Assembly (NCBI GenBank): GCA_017654855.1
Contig: CM030334.1
Coordinates: 496,001-560,000, forward strand
Direction of reading: 5' to 3'
DNA: 64,000 bases
Source of the DNA: Podospora anserina
Taxonomy: Eukaryota
The position numbers were made by a program, and so were the translations under genes. Of the stretch, positions 1 to 12,387 are shown piece by piece. A model generated the notes under the pieces. The model saw only the letters and a list, made by a program, of their open reading frames with translations. It was not told where the DNA came from and did not search any database. Numbering within the stretch: position 1 is the first letter of the stretch; each line of letters opens with the position of its first letter.

Positions 1-1154
1 CAGCGGGGGTACTCGGATCACCGCTCTCGAATCACTCTGGATTGTTGGTTGGATGGTGTTGGCTGCCCGACTATTGGCCGCATTTTCGAGGCCGCACGCT
101 TCATGCTCGAGAAGGAAGCAAGCAAAGGCACTTGTTACTGTCAGCACCCTAGCAGACACTCCTAGCCTCAAAGATACAAACAAAGCTTTGGAGGGAGATT
201 ATTGCAGTTTGAAAGCTGCCGATGAAAGCAAAAATTGGAGAAGAGAAGGGAAGCCCGCATCCGCAGTTTTGGTGGGATGTTGGATTGGGCTTCGACCACT
301 GGGAGATATGCCCCACAATGCGGCGCCAACACGCCGGGAGCACAGTGCGCAGAAGCACGGTCATAATGTAGCCTCCCGTCCCCCACATCTGTCATTGCAT
401 ACATAAAAAGCCAGTTGTTTTTGAATGTCAATCAAGTGATTCCCAGACAAACATTTTGTCTATGATGAAAAAGTGCCAATGAACAAAAGGTATATCTACT
501 GTAAGTCACTGGATATTGAAAATGTGGGCAAAAGGATAGGACGAAACGTGATTTGAACACGTGACCTACCGGACTGCAGCCGGTTGCTCTACCCCTGAGC
601 TATTCGTCCTGGGATTTTGATTTGTTTGATGTAAAACTTTTGGAAGCTTGGCATTATATAACAAGCATATCCAACCAAAATCAGCAGACGTCATGCTTGA
701 TCAATAGCTCCGGCAACTGCAACCCGCCGCACTCCGCAACATGATCACCACACTGCCGCCTCACATCATCGAACAGTAGGATTTGTTCCACGGGACCGCC
801 TAGACCATTCCTTAAAATACGCATGTAAATGATCGACCCTCCACATTCACAACACACACGCTGATGACGCAGCTCGGACTCCCCCATTCGACCTCGGATA
901 TCGGCAGCTTATCATTTTGAAAGAATGCCACCGTTGTGTAGCAGGCAAATGCCACCGAACCATAGTCCGCACGCGTGTCGGTTTAACAACACTGTCATTT
1001 TGACGTAGTTACTCAATACTACGCTATCTGTGTCCAGAACCCTCCAAATATCCTCCTATATCGGCTCCGATTGCTTCTGAACGACCTTTGGAGGTATGAC
1101 AGCCCTGCCGTGCCTTTTCCAATCACCAGTCGCCTGTCCTGGACCAGGTATATT

Positions 1155-2420
1155 TCAAAGACCACTGGATGCCAGAAAGCTGGTAATCTTCTCAAATGAC
1201 TTGGCAGCAGTCGTGCGGAAGTTGATGCCATGCCCCGTTCAGGGCAAGCTTATGGCCTTGAATGCCTTCGCTTTTGAGAAAATACTGGCCCGGGGTTTTC
1301 CAAAGACACCATCGCAACTGTTTTCTACCTGTTAATCGCTGGAGTTCTATGGTAAAAAGAAACTGACTCACTCTGCCACACAGTAAGGGAAATCATATTT
1401 CCCTGAGAGTATCTGTGGAAATCCGGTCGGTTAATCTCAATATTTTAATATATTCAACTGCGCACACTGCCTGGACTGCAGGAGCGCCATGTCGTCACAG
1501 TTTCAACCAAGCCTTGAACTACTTGAGCGATGCACACCGTATTGCTAGTGGTGTGAACATCCTGGTTCTGCTAAGGTCGTGCCACCAACCATCTTGCAGT
1601 CAAACCATCCCGAAGAGCCATGGAAGCACTTTCGCGGGCACATACCGTATCGAGTTGCCTCCCTTTACCCGGTTTCTGGTGGGCAACGATCCGGACGCCA
1701 GCCGCCTCAAGGAACTCCAGCCCGTTCAGATGAGTCGAGTTGTAACTGAAGCCTGTGGTGTTCCGCCAATCCAATCTGTCAACCCCCCATCTCCTCGTAT
1801 AGAGAAAACGCAGTCTTCGGACGGAGCCTACCAGTCAAAACAACCCCATCAACCAGCTTCCTGTTCTTCCTCACGACCTCGGATGAGATCGCGCTTCCAA
1901 AACCATGCCCAACAAGCACAGTTTTCGAAGGCCGCCCGGTACCACCGACATAATGCCCGCCCTTGACCAGCTTTGCCAACTCGGTCAATATGGCCACTTG
2001 GTTCGATAGCTGCGCAACATAACCCAATCCTTGTTCCGACTTCCCCACACCCAACCGGTCATAGTAAAAGATAGACTAGTCCTTGGTCAGCAGCTGGCTG
2101 GGGATAGTAACCATTTCACAATGAAAAAGGATCCAAGCACATACGTCCGGTCAAAGTTTAGCCCATGTGTTCCAAATCACCGCCGTATTTTTACCCTTTG
2201 GATCCGGTTTCTCGTGCCCGGGGCGGCAAAATGTCGCCGAGATGGTGTATGTCTCGGTCACGTTGACGGAAAACGGCGAGAGGACCGAGGTCGAGGTCTC
2301 GGAGGTGTGGCTGGCGATGGTGGCGACAAAGTTAGCGACGTCAAAGTCGGACTCGAAGGGATCAAGTCCGAAGACTGCGTTGTTGGAGCGGACGGTGACG
2401 TGGCTGTTTACTCCGGCGCT
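1155..2420 (-). pseudogene. Degraded fungal alpha/beta-hydrolase gene
   Basis: Minus-strand pieces read TYTISATFCRP...(frameshift ~2175)...GTHGLNFDR / YYDRLGVGKS...VLVGHGFGSAIS...VDGVVLTG / GFSYN...; the C-terminal piece reads ...SLP*TGHGINF...FLASSGL* with an in-frame TGA at 1239-1241. The nucleophile elbow is GHGFG instead of GHSxG. The 5' boundary is approximate. Confidence 0.7.
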
Positions 2421-2594
2421 TCCCCAACCCGAGCTAAGCTATACTTGTGTCAGCCACAGGCACATGGCTTAAGCCAGAGGTGTTTTCCCGAACTATCTAC
2501 TGCGACCACTGATGCAATGGAAATATTTGCAACCGGGAATACGAGAACTATGTAGGTGGAGTCTCTCTCTTCTGGAAAGACTATGTAAGTAGGT

Positions 2595-3073
2595 ATGTTG
2601 GCTGGCGAGGCACCCGAAACAACACTGCCAACGCCAGATCAGGGGCGTGTCAACGTCGCGGAAACCATCGCCATGATCGAACCCGATATCCCAGGAACGG
2701 GAGGCTACGGGATTGGCTCCATTTCCGAAGAGACCAGAAGAGCCGTTTCCAATCCTCAACCTCGCTGCTGTAGAAAATGATAGGAACGGTGTGGACGCAA
2801 ACGCTCCAACCTTCAAGGCCATCATGGCCTACGCTGATCTTCCAGGCGCGGCGCTCGCCAACGACCTGAACCTTGTTGTCCTCTCAGGGGATGGTAGAAA
2901 GCATCGACATGGAATCAATGTGGTCAGGGCTTCCTCGCCGATGCCAAGAAGCCGTCGGGCAGGTTGTTTAGTGAGATGTGACCGGGGATAGTGTTCAGGT
3001 CATGGTTAAGCTGTACCGTGTAATGTTGGCTAATGTACCGTTTGCGTACGCTTGGAAGTTATTGCGAGCGTAA
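2595..3073 (+). pseudogene. Remnant of the C-terminal region of a subtilisin-like (S8, Kp43-type) serine protease
   Basis: PTPDQGRVNV... then a frameshift near 2735 to ...AYADLPGAALANDLNLVVLSGDGRKHRHG, ending ...VPFAYAWKLLRA*. This resembles the QGxGRVN / NDLDLxV / RHGN motifs of the Kp43-like C-terminal beta domain. No catalytic domain is visible upstream. Confidence 0.55.
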
Positions 3074-3403
3074 GACTTAGGTGTTGGTTGACATTGTTTG
3101 AATTTGGATATCTTGGAGGCATCTTGACTGCCCTTAGCTAGTGAGAACTGTTTTTTCAACCCCTGACATGAATTTTATTTGGCATATGCACTGCATCTCA
3201 CTGTGGACCAGCAGTGCTTCCCGTATTGCATTTATACAGCTGCATACACCGATGCAAAAAGACAAGATTTGTAAGATACGTGAATAGAGGTAGTTGGTAA
3301 ATCCCGACTTTGCTGCTAATGGTGTTGGTTCACCATGCACTGTTTCCTCCTCTATCCATCTCACACGTATAAGAAGTACCACTGTACCAGCAACCGAGCA
3401 CCT

Positions 3404-4783
3404 CTAGCTCGGCAACTCCATAGCACTGTGCTGCGGTCTTTGGCTACCTATGTTGTCCTCTTGACCCGTGTCATGACCGAAGTGAGTTGAGTGTGGCTCC
3501 AACTCTGTGCTGACGAATGCCGGATAACCTTGGTGGGTGTAGTGGGCAGAGTAGCCATGCTGGGGAAAGTTTGTGGCGTAGTTGCCTTGGGCTGGATAGC
3601 CCTGTGAAGAGAATACTGGGGGGTAAGGATATGGCGGTGACATGCTTGCTGTATAGGGCTGGTGATGCATGGCAGGTCTCCCCATGCCATGGTCTGACAA
3701 TTCAGATAGACGTGAATAGTGTGGAGACGTGGGCGAGCTGGCTGCGAGCTCTGATCTCAGAGTCTCAGGGCGCGCCTTACTCTCCGTAGATAGCTCGCCG
3801 ACCACTGGTGACGTTTCTGTAGCCAACGCGGCCGCTCCCTCACCCTTCTCCCAATTAGCATGCTCCCCGTGATCCGCTCCAGAAGCCGAATCATTAACGT
3901 GCCTTCGATGGCGGAGAGTACGAATGGCAAACAAGGCGCCCAAAATTAGCATTAAGCCCGCAACCGCTCCGAAAGCAACGCCGACCTTCTCTGCAGTTCC
4001 AAGACCTCTGAAGGGCGCGGCGACAACAGGTGTTTCAGTGGCTGAAGGGACGGCCTGGAATTCATTGGTTGTCGTTGCATATGAGGCAAAGGCCAAATCG
4101 GTATCGGTGTTGGAAGAAGTCGCCGACGACAAGTCAGACGTGGTAGTGGTCAACAACGAGTCAGAAGTGGTAATGGTTACCTCCTCGGTTGTTCTGGTTC
4201 CTGTTGGAGTAAAGCTGTCTATCCACTGTATAGAATCCCCCAGGTTCAATGGGAGACTTGCGAAGCGATTGCCGATTTGGTTTTTTGCCGTCAAGACGAT
4301 ACGGGATTCGATGGCAGGGCTCGCCTCGGCACTGCACAAGCAAAGATCATCAGATTCCTGCTCTTTGTTGCGGAGGGCTTTAGGCTTCCCTTTTTCTGCA
4401 CACCCAACCCTTCGAATGGTCAGTAAGAAGGGCCCTACCATGAAGTTGGCTACAGTGTAAACATACCACAGACCTCTGCCATCCTCATCGACGGTCGTAT
4501 TGCAGAAAACCATTCCCATCCATGGCTGGTCTGAATAAATCTTCTTATCGGGGCAGCTCGAGTCCTCGTATGTGCTGTCGGTGCAGCCCGCCATGTAGGT
4601 GAGGCTTCCACCATAGCTAAAGCAAGCGTGGCCCTCAGCAAAGCAGAAACCAGCCTTCCCACAGCACTGGACGTGTCCAAAAGCAGCATTGCCACAAGGT
4701 ATAAAATCCGAGTGTGTTTCTTCATCAGGACCCCAGTAGCAGGTGCCGTGGGAGATGTTGATGTCGTCGTCCGAGTCCCCCAT
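3404..4783 (-). CDS. Single-pass membrane protein: Cys-rich N-terminal domain, Ser/Thr-rich stalk, one TM helix, cytoplasmic tail
   Basis: 459-aa ORF with CY...IPCG...QCC...C...C...YMAGCTD..Y.D..CP, a T/S-rich stretch, and TM VGVAFGAVAGLMLILGALFAI followed by RTLRHRR. A probable in-frame 57-nt intron lies at 4410-4466 (GTATGT...CTGAC...AG). Confidence 0.8.
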   Translation of the reverse strand: MGDSDDDINISHGTCYWGPDEETHSDFIPCGNAAFGHVQCCGKAGFCFAEGHACFSYGGSLTYMAGCTDSTYEDSSCPDKKIYSDQPWMGMVFCNTTVDEDGRGLWYVYTVANFMVGPFLLTIRRVGCAEKGKPKALRNKEQESDDLCLCSAEASPAIESRIVLTAKNQIGNRFASLPLNLGDSIQWIDSFTPTGTRTTEEVTITTSDSLLTTTTSDLSSATSSNTDTDLAFASYATTTNEFQAVPSATETPVVAAPFRGLGTAEKVGVAFGAVAGLMLILGALFAIRTLRHRRHVNDSASGADHGEHANWEKGEGAAALATETSPVVGELSTESKARPETLRSELAASSPTSPHYSRLSELSDHGMGRPAMHHQPYTASMSPPYPYPPVFSSQGYPAQGNYATNFPQHGYSAHYTHQGYPAFVSTELEPHSTHFGHDTGQEDNIGSQRPQHSAMELPS

Positions 4784-6006
4784 TCTTGCCTTCTTTGTGT
4801 TGGTTGGTGATGGATGACGTGACTGCAGGACAGAGGAAAGCAGTGACAGGCCCCGCCGTTGTTGGTTGGAAACACCGGGTTACCTTATCGAAGTTTGCAC
4901 TCTGCTGCCGTGTGACTGCCTGGAGGCACTTTTCAGACGGAACCGCCCAGTCAGGTCGGGCAGGAGCAACTATTGTGTACTTACCGTTTCCATGTTGTGG
5001 CCACTGCCACAACCGACAACCACTTGCCCGGTGAAAGCAGTCAACCTTGCCTGCTCCTGCCATTTTGATCCCGTCCATATCTTCTCTGCGACTTTCTAAC
5101 GGGATGAAAGTCGCTCAACTTGGAGCCTAGAGCCAGAATAAAAGCCTCGTCGATGCCCGGCACCAAACCAGACGCTGGGCTGTTGCACTCGTCACTCACT
5201 TCAGATACCCTATTGGAGATTCTACCATGCAACGCTCCACGTGTGATGGTGCTCCCGAAGACAGAACCCGTTGATTCTGTGTAATGTTACCCCCGTACTG
5301 AGGCTTGGTTTGGCTGAGGAACCCAACCCATGACAATCCCAATTCCCCTTTGTTTTACACGGAACCAAAAGGTGAGCTGGGTAGACAATGGGAGCAAGTA
5401 TAGATTAGACATGCAACAACAATAGAAATCCTGCTCAAAGGAATCTATCTGTATTTGTTTGAAACCTGAATCATAGAGTTCAGTCGATGGAACACGTCAT
5501 AGACAATGAGAGCAGCCATAACCCGAACCCTCAAAGGTGGTCTTTGGAAGGCTCGGCGAGCTGTAAGAGACTTGTGTCGGGGTGATTGATCTAGAAGCAG
5601 TTCCTGTGATTCAAGAAATTGCCTGGATCTAAGATATTGAACAGGTGAGTTATTCTTCGCATGCATTATACATATATCTTGGTCTCTTTGCGGCACACCC
5701 CCAGTGGTCCGGTGTTGGCTGCTTGCTGACTCAGCACTGGTGTCTTAACCCACGCATCTCTCATTTTCCCCTTTCTCTCCATCTTTTCTTGAAATGACTA
5801 GGCATGTAAAAGATAACAAACAGCTCACATTGTTTGCAGAAAACACAGGCTTTTAATCATATTCTGACCAAATCACATAGCGCCTTTTTCCATTTTGCTA
5901 GACTTATTCTTGAAATAGATAACGCGACACCCAACCTCCGACTCAACCTCGCTCCTGAAGGTGTGAAGAACACCAGACGGCCTAAAGACGCTCAGTGACA
6001 AGCGCC

Positions 6007-7180
6007 ATGCCTCGTCAACTCCCGTGGAAGATCAATCAAGATGGACAGACATCGGTGGAAACCAGACAGAGTCCCAACCCAACATCAACTCGCAGTCCGG
6101 CTCCTTCCAATCGCCCCTCAAGGCCTTCGACAGCCGCGCCAAACCCGAGATCGTCGCATGAAAGATTCAACGCTCCTAGACCCAGCGCTGGTCGCAGAGG
6201 TCGTTCACCCTCAACATCGCCACCGCCAGAACCGCCAAGTGAGGAGTAAGTCTCGGGCCCTGCGTTGCTCTACAAACAAACCGCTAATTATGCCGACCAG
6301 GCTCATGATTGAAGGTGTCGACCATGACGACCGTTATCGCATGGTAGAGGATGAATTCCTCGCAGTGGCCGGCGAGTTTACACGCCATCTTCACGCGGCA
6401 GAATACCAGCGTTTGAAAGGCCTCGCCAGATCCCAGAATGCTGATACCATCTCGAACATCTCACGCCCCGTCACTGGCGAGATGACCGAAATGGTCAAGA
6501 GCCGCCATGCTGCGCTCAACATTGCATCGAAACGACGAAAGGGAATCACTCAGCTGAAGGGACTATCCCCTCAGACAACAAGTGATACCGATGATGAGGA
6601 AGCACCGTCACGAAAGCAGCCGAATCCGAATTCCCTCCAGGGACTAATGGACAGCCCGCGTAAGCAAGCTGTACCGCTGACTTCGGTTTCATCCCTGCTC
6701 CAGGGCTCAAGCCTCCGGGAAACAAGCCCTTCAAGTGGACGCATGGCTCCTCCTGGTTTGAGGAGGGCAGAGTCAACCTTCTCGGTCCCGATCAAGCGAG
6801 AGCCAACCCCAGACTCTGATGATCTAGACAGCCAAGCACCTTGGCCAATCAGGCGAACGTCGACACGGCCATCCATCAAGCGCGAAATGACAGCAGCTCA
6901 GGAAACATCATTCGCTGACTTTCCTGCTCCGCAGCCCAGAGCAAGATCCCGCGCTGCTACCATTGAGCCATCAAGAGCGATATCACGTCCGCCAGAGCAG
7001 TCCCAAAGACAGGCAACTCAAGATACAAAGCAACAGGACGACGACGATGACGACAACGATTTCCTTTCTCGTATTCGTGCTAGAAGACTAGAACAAAGAC
7101 GGCGCCGAGAATCCAGAGCACAGCCAGGAATCAAATCCGAAACTCAGGAAGCAGCCCTTGACGATATTCCATTTGTCTGA
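6007..7180 (+). CDS. Hypothetical fungal protein, largely low complexity
   Basis: ATG at 6007 (MPRQLPW...), intron 6246-6300 (GTAAGT...CTAAT...CAG), then an exon with DDRYRMVEDEFLAVAGEFTRHLHAAEYQRLK ending DDIPFV*. Confidence 0.75.
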
Positions 7181-7309
7181 GTGAGAACCTGTTGCTACGA
7201 TTGATTGAAAGATGACTCAACTTCAGTCTGAGATTGATATGCACGCTACCCATACACAAGAAAAAAGAAACGACAAAGATGTTACAGCATGACCCGCCTT
7301 GTTGCTTCT

Positions 7310-8572
7310 TCAACCCTTATAAGGAGTCTCAAACGGCCTTTCCGCCTGGGGCGTCAGTCTCGCCAGATGTCTCCGCTGGGCATTCTTCCAGTCGATCAGC
7401 GCCGAGTGCTGGGTAACTCTGTTGTCCCAAACGACAACGGTGCCTTCCTCCCACTTGACACGGGCTTGGAAGTCGGCGCCGTAGGCGAGATGGTCGTAGA
7501 GGAACTTGAGGAGGACGTCGGACTCCTCCTTCTTGAGGCCGACGATGTCACGGGTGACTGGACACGAACACCATCAGCGGATGTTGCAAACAATAATGCA
7601 AAGAGACGGGGATGCTTACACTGAGGATTGACGTAGATGGCCTTCTCGCCTGTGACGGGGTGGGTTCTGATGATGGGGTGCTCGTGGATCACGGGCTCGC
7701 GGCGGACGATGCCGCCCCTCAAGGCCGAAGCATTGGCCTGCTCGTGGGCAGAGTGGGTGGCCTTGAGGCCGTGAAGACGCTCCTGGAAGGCAGGCGAGAG
7801 ACGGTTGTAGGCCTCGGCGGCGTTGACGAAGAGGGTATCGCCGCCAGATTCGGGCTTGTCGAAAATGTACAGGAAGGTGGTTCCAGGAGGCTGGGCCTCG
7901 TAGGAGACGTCGGAGTGCCAGGCTACGGACGAGGTGCGGTTGGCGAAGAACTTGTCGACTGAGTTGTCGCCTGCGCCGCGGTGGACGAGGTGGATCTCGG
8001 GGTAGCCTTCTGGCGCGCCGCTGGTGGGGTGGATGTGGTGTCTGCCGAAATAACCGCCGAACTCGAGGGCTTGCTCGATGGACAGATCGCGGAAGTCTTG
8101 GTCGCGGAAGGCGACGACCTTGCGCTCGGCAACGAAGCGGGCGAGCTCGTCTTTGCCGGCGTCGCTGAGGGTGGAGAGCTGGATGCCCTTGACTTCGGTG
8201 CCAATGGTTGGGGTGAGGTGGGTGACGGCTGTGCTCTCAGGGAGAAGGTTGGGGAAGGATGGGTCCGCGTCTTTGCCGTGCTCGTAATGCTCAAACGGCT
8301 GGAGTGGGGGGTACTTGTCGTTGGGGTTCCAAGTTGGGAGGTAGTGCGGGTACTAGGAGATGGGAAGGTCAGCAATGCGAAGGCCAGACATGAAGTCCAA
8401 CGCTGTATCGACGGCATACCTTGGCGGCTTTGTGGCCCTTCAGGCCGGCTTCAGCATCCTTATCGAACTTGGTTGTGGCAATCTCCTTGTACGGACCCGT
8501 GGTGGCGTTGAGCTTCAAAGTGCCGATGTTGGGGACCGTGGTGGTCTCAGTTTCCACAGCGGAGGGGGCCAT
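7310..8572 (-). CDS. TauD/TfdA-family Fe(II)/alpha-ketoglutarate-dependent sulfonate dioxygenase (JLP1-like)
   Basis: MAPSAVETE... with introns 8353-8419 and 7558-7619. Motifs include WHSDVSYE (HxD), GGDTLF, HPIIRTHPVTGEKAIYVNPQF and WDNR, and the protein ends RLTPQAERPFETPYKG*. The long + strand ORFs here are antisense shadows. Confidence 0.93.
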
Positions 8573-9156
8573 TGTGTCTGTGAAGTGTATATGGTGAAAC
8601 AATCTCAGACTCTCAAGTCTCGAACTGCTTTGGATAGAGTTAGGATCCGTCTTTCCAGCACACGCGACATCACCCTCCTACTTATAAGCTTCCGACAGTC
8701 CCTTCAAGGCAGTACGTCCTCTACCCCAGATCACGACATCCCGCTCCCGAACTATGTGGGGGTTGGATTGGCAAGAAAGGGTGGGCTAAGATGGGTCATC
8801 AGAGGATGGCATAGCACATGGATAGGATTGCGCAAACAGTTTGCCGTTCCAGTCGACGAGCTCTTCTTCGGCTTTTGGTGGTACGGCACCTGTCCCTGCC
8901 GGTCTCTCTCCTATCCTGCTGACCAGAAAGGTGGACGGTTCATGCCAAACTCGTGGCAGGCAAGGGTGCCTCTAACCAGTGCCGACTGTGGCTTATCCCA
9001 CCAATCCGTCACATCTGATAAGAACTGCGAGGCAAGCCGGGACCGTGAACGGCAATGGACAAAGGGGCAACGGCCTTTACGTCGGATGGAAGGCTTAGAG
9101 GGTGCTGGGAGAGCTTGTGTATGGAGCGATGCTTGATGTTGCTAGACGCGGAGCGA

Positions 9157-9794
9157 ATCACGTCATATCGCGTATCGGGGACTAGTGCCGCCCATCGGTT
9201 TGTTGGTGCGCAGTGGACAGCACATGTTTTTTGTTCTTCTTGGATTGGCAGTCTCGTTGAATTTGATAAACTTCCCCAAGAAAGCACGCAATTCCTTGGG
9301 ACGGGGTGAGTTGAAGAGAACAAGGCTTATTCCCGCCGTTTTGTATCTTGGGTGGTGTTTAAGGACGGGTTAAGTCCGGGGATCACGGCGAGCTGTGGTC
9401 ACTGGGTCCGGAGATAAGACCTTTTGCGAAGGGCTTTGGAGACGTTTATGGGATTGGCGTTGTGGTCTATCAATGAACATGAAAGAGAAATTAGTCAACG
9501 TGGGTGGGAAGTTGTGTAAGTAGTAGGTAGATACGTTGTATCCAAGGCACTTGGTCTAATCAGTGAAGTATGAACAGAAGCCCTAATCTGTTCATTCCTG
9601 GGAACTTCAGTTGTCCCTGTGAATTTGCCCAAACATATTGCGTGCTAGAATGTAAGAGGAGCCTTTGTCCATGAAAAATTGTAGTGAGTGTCTTCGTCGC
9701 AAGTACTGTTGACGTCATTCTTAGTGTTGGGGGAATGCAACGCTTCTATTCAGGGGTAATTCTCGCTTAGTCATCGTCAAGAGAACGGCGCCAT
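9157..9794. promoter_or_regulatory. Candidate CYS-3/MetR-type bZIP sulfur-regulator sites upstream of the sulfonate dioxygenase
   Basis: ATCACGTCAT (9157), TTGACGTCAT (9709) and ACGGCGCCAT (9785) each differ by one base from the ATGRYRYCAT consensus. Confidence 0.35.
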
Positions 9795-10089
9795 GCTTGC
9801 CCCTGAAGGTGAATTTTTGATAGGTGTGTAAACATATAGCGCGGAAGAAAACCCCGGGGACCGAAATGTACCTTATTTCGGTGAAGCCTCATGCGGGCCC
9901 AAGTATCACAACACCGAGTGGAAGGATCAAAATATGTGTACGAATCAACGCTGGTATCTGCTAGCTATTGGTAGGTCTATGAATCAAGCAAGGACCCAAG
10001 GTATAAGTTTGAGCACTATGCACTCGCCAATGTAAACTGAATGCTCTTCCCTCCAGCTTTTAAGGAAGCCGAGAAAAAAAAGAAAACAC

Positions 10090-12387
10090 CTAGAGCCACC
10101 AGGCCCAAATGAACACCAACCCGGCCCAGATACCCCAAATGGTGTAAACCGTCACGAAATCCAATCCTCCACCCCAAATCGGATTACTTCTCTCCTCCCA
10201 GCGCTTTGCCTCCTCTCTGGGGCGGAATAGAAAAGAGGTGGGCGCCCCCGGTCCGTTGTGGACTTTCTGGAGCAAGTCATGGTTCTCGCCGACGTTGGGG
10301 GGCCAAATGGCGTACTTGATCGGAGTAAAGCAGGCTATCGCAAGAACAATGAAAGCCTGATTTGAGGGCCAGAAAACCCAGAGCAGAATATTGAGGAGCT
10401 TCTCCGTGTTGTTTGAAGCCTCGGGAAGATTCTTCACAGCGACCCAGGCCGTGACGAGTATGGCTGTGACAGCCACACAGTGCATCCAGACACCACATTC
10501 AAGAAGGATGTGGTTCAGTCTCTTCGACAGGCCTCCCCGCCGCGCTGGAAAGCGTTCGAAGAGCTTGTCCTTGAGACTGCCAGTTGAGACGAAGGCAGCG
10601 GCGCTGGATTTCTTTGACTGAGTGGAGTTGAATAGCCCCGGGAAGTATGTCTTCATGTAAGCAACTGTGTAATGAGGGCTTAGCCACTTTGTCATGCCCC
10701 AGTCCATGATCGAGGCTCTATACCCTGCCATGACGCCGATGTGAACGTGATGGAGATAGGAAAAGAATACCGAACCGGCATGAATCCTGAGCAACCGGGT
10801 CAGCTCCTCCGATCTGTCGGGAGACGTAACAATGAGCGGGGTCTTGGTAAGAAAGAGGAGAGGGAAAAGGATGAGCTGAAGGGTGGCGAGGTGAGGCTTC
10901 AGATGCATCATCATCAACCCAACCATGGTAACGGGCGCTTTCCAAACCAGCTTTTCCAAGAGAGATATCCAGGAGTGCCCTGAGAGTTGATGAAGGTCCT
11001 GCACGGCAAGGTTGCTGAGGTACCAGCGAGTGTATTGCTTGAGTTGTGCCTGGTAGGTATCAGGGACCAGGCCACATTGCAAATACTCGGCAACAGCGGC
11101 GGTAATCCAGTGGTTGGTTTGGCCCAGAAGAAACTGCGTGTAGAAGTCCTCGCAGACACAGGTTGTCGGAAACTGCCCACCAGGTAAGTCATCCAGGGCT
11201 TTCCGGCGCATGACCCAGCCTGAGCCGGCGCATTGGCCCTTCCCCGCTTGATCTTGGATGGGGTGGTAGCATTTGACACGGAGAGAATTGGATTGGTTGG
11301 TTGGGTCGTTGTCGGGAATGTTGTAGAAAGTCTACAAGTTAGTTGTTAGTTGAGATTTCCAACACCACCGCATACTCCAAATGATCAAAATCGTACCTGA
11401 ACCCCGCAAACCAAACCTATCTCTTTTCCGTCCTCCTGATATCCCCCAGCTGGGTAAAAATGGGGAATCGTTGCTCTGAGCCATGCTCTGTCGGGAATCA
11501 TGTCTACATCCAGCACGGCGATCAACTCCGCTCTGCCTCCAGGAAGACTGTCGATGAACTGAAGGGCATTGTTGAGATTGGCGGCTTTGACTCCAGGAGG
11601 CTTCTCCGTTGCTTTGCCGTAGTTCGAGGTGTAGAATACATTTCCGACTCTGCTTCGGAGCGCAGCAAGTCCGCTCTCTACCGCGCTGTCTCCGCCATCG
11701 TCGGTTACAATGACCCTCAGTTTGTCGAGAGGATAATCGAGATCGAAAGCAGCAAGAACTGTTCCGTAGACCATAGCTTCCGATTCTTTGCAAATGCAAA
11801 TAACCACATCGACAGACGGGAGATTGTTCTCGCCCAACAGCCGAAGACGAGGACGCCAGGTGCCGAAAAAGCTGTAGCTTTTGATTTGCCACGCAACGAG
11901 TAGTTGGTCAACTAAATCTCTGTTAGACTATCCCCTCAAAATACGACACATAGGTAGCAAACTTACCGGCCCACAGAATCTCGACAAGAAAGAACAGCGT
12001 TGCCGAGAGCATTTGCAATCTTGACAGGGCAATGTGGCTTGACTCATCGCCTGTCCAGTAAGAGACAATAGTGCGTCCCTGGTAATATGCAGCCCATAGC
12101 AGAAGCACCGCCGGTAGAGTAGCTGTAAACGCGACGAACCTCACAAGGTAACGCTGCCACATATGAGGACAGAAAAGAACCGAGGACGTTTCCTCGGAGT
12201 CGGTAAGGGCTTGGATACGGGCCCGCAAATTACCGCCGTCGATTGCGTTCCTGTCGAACTTTTTCTCATTGACGTGCTTGTTGTTGGTTTTCTTGGAGGG
12301 ATAGTTGGCTTGGGACACGTCCGTCGACCGAACCCAAGTCGAGGTCTCGATGCCGATGGCCTCGTTCTCGTTCCACGAATGTGACAT
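10090..12387 (-). CDS. Processive membrane glycosyltransferase family 2 (cellulose-synthase-like)
   Basis: Three exons (introns ~11912-11966 and ~11331-11397). It has two N-terminal TM segments, LPSVDVVIC, LDYP, VTDDG, KAANLN, DVDMIP, Q.FYN, CAGSG, CEDF and QYTRW (D,D,D,QxxRW signature), and several C-terminal TM segments. Confidence 0.9.

Noticed and set aside
681-990. Short minus-strand ORF fragments
   Set aside because: Multiple stops and no recognisable family; cannot be supported as a gene or pseudogene.
7289-9136. Several + strand ORFs of 110-258 aa
   Set aside because: They are antisense to the TauD gene or run into its promoter, with no coherent product.
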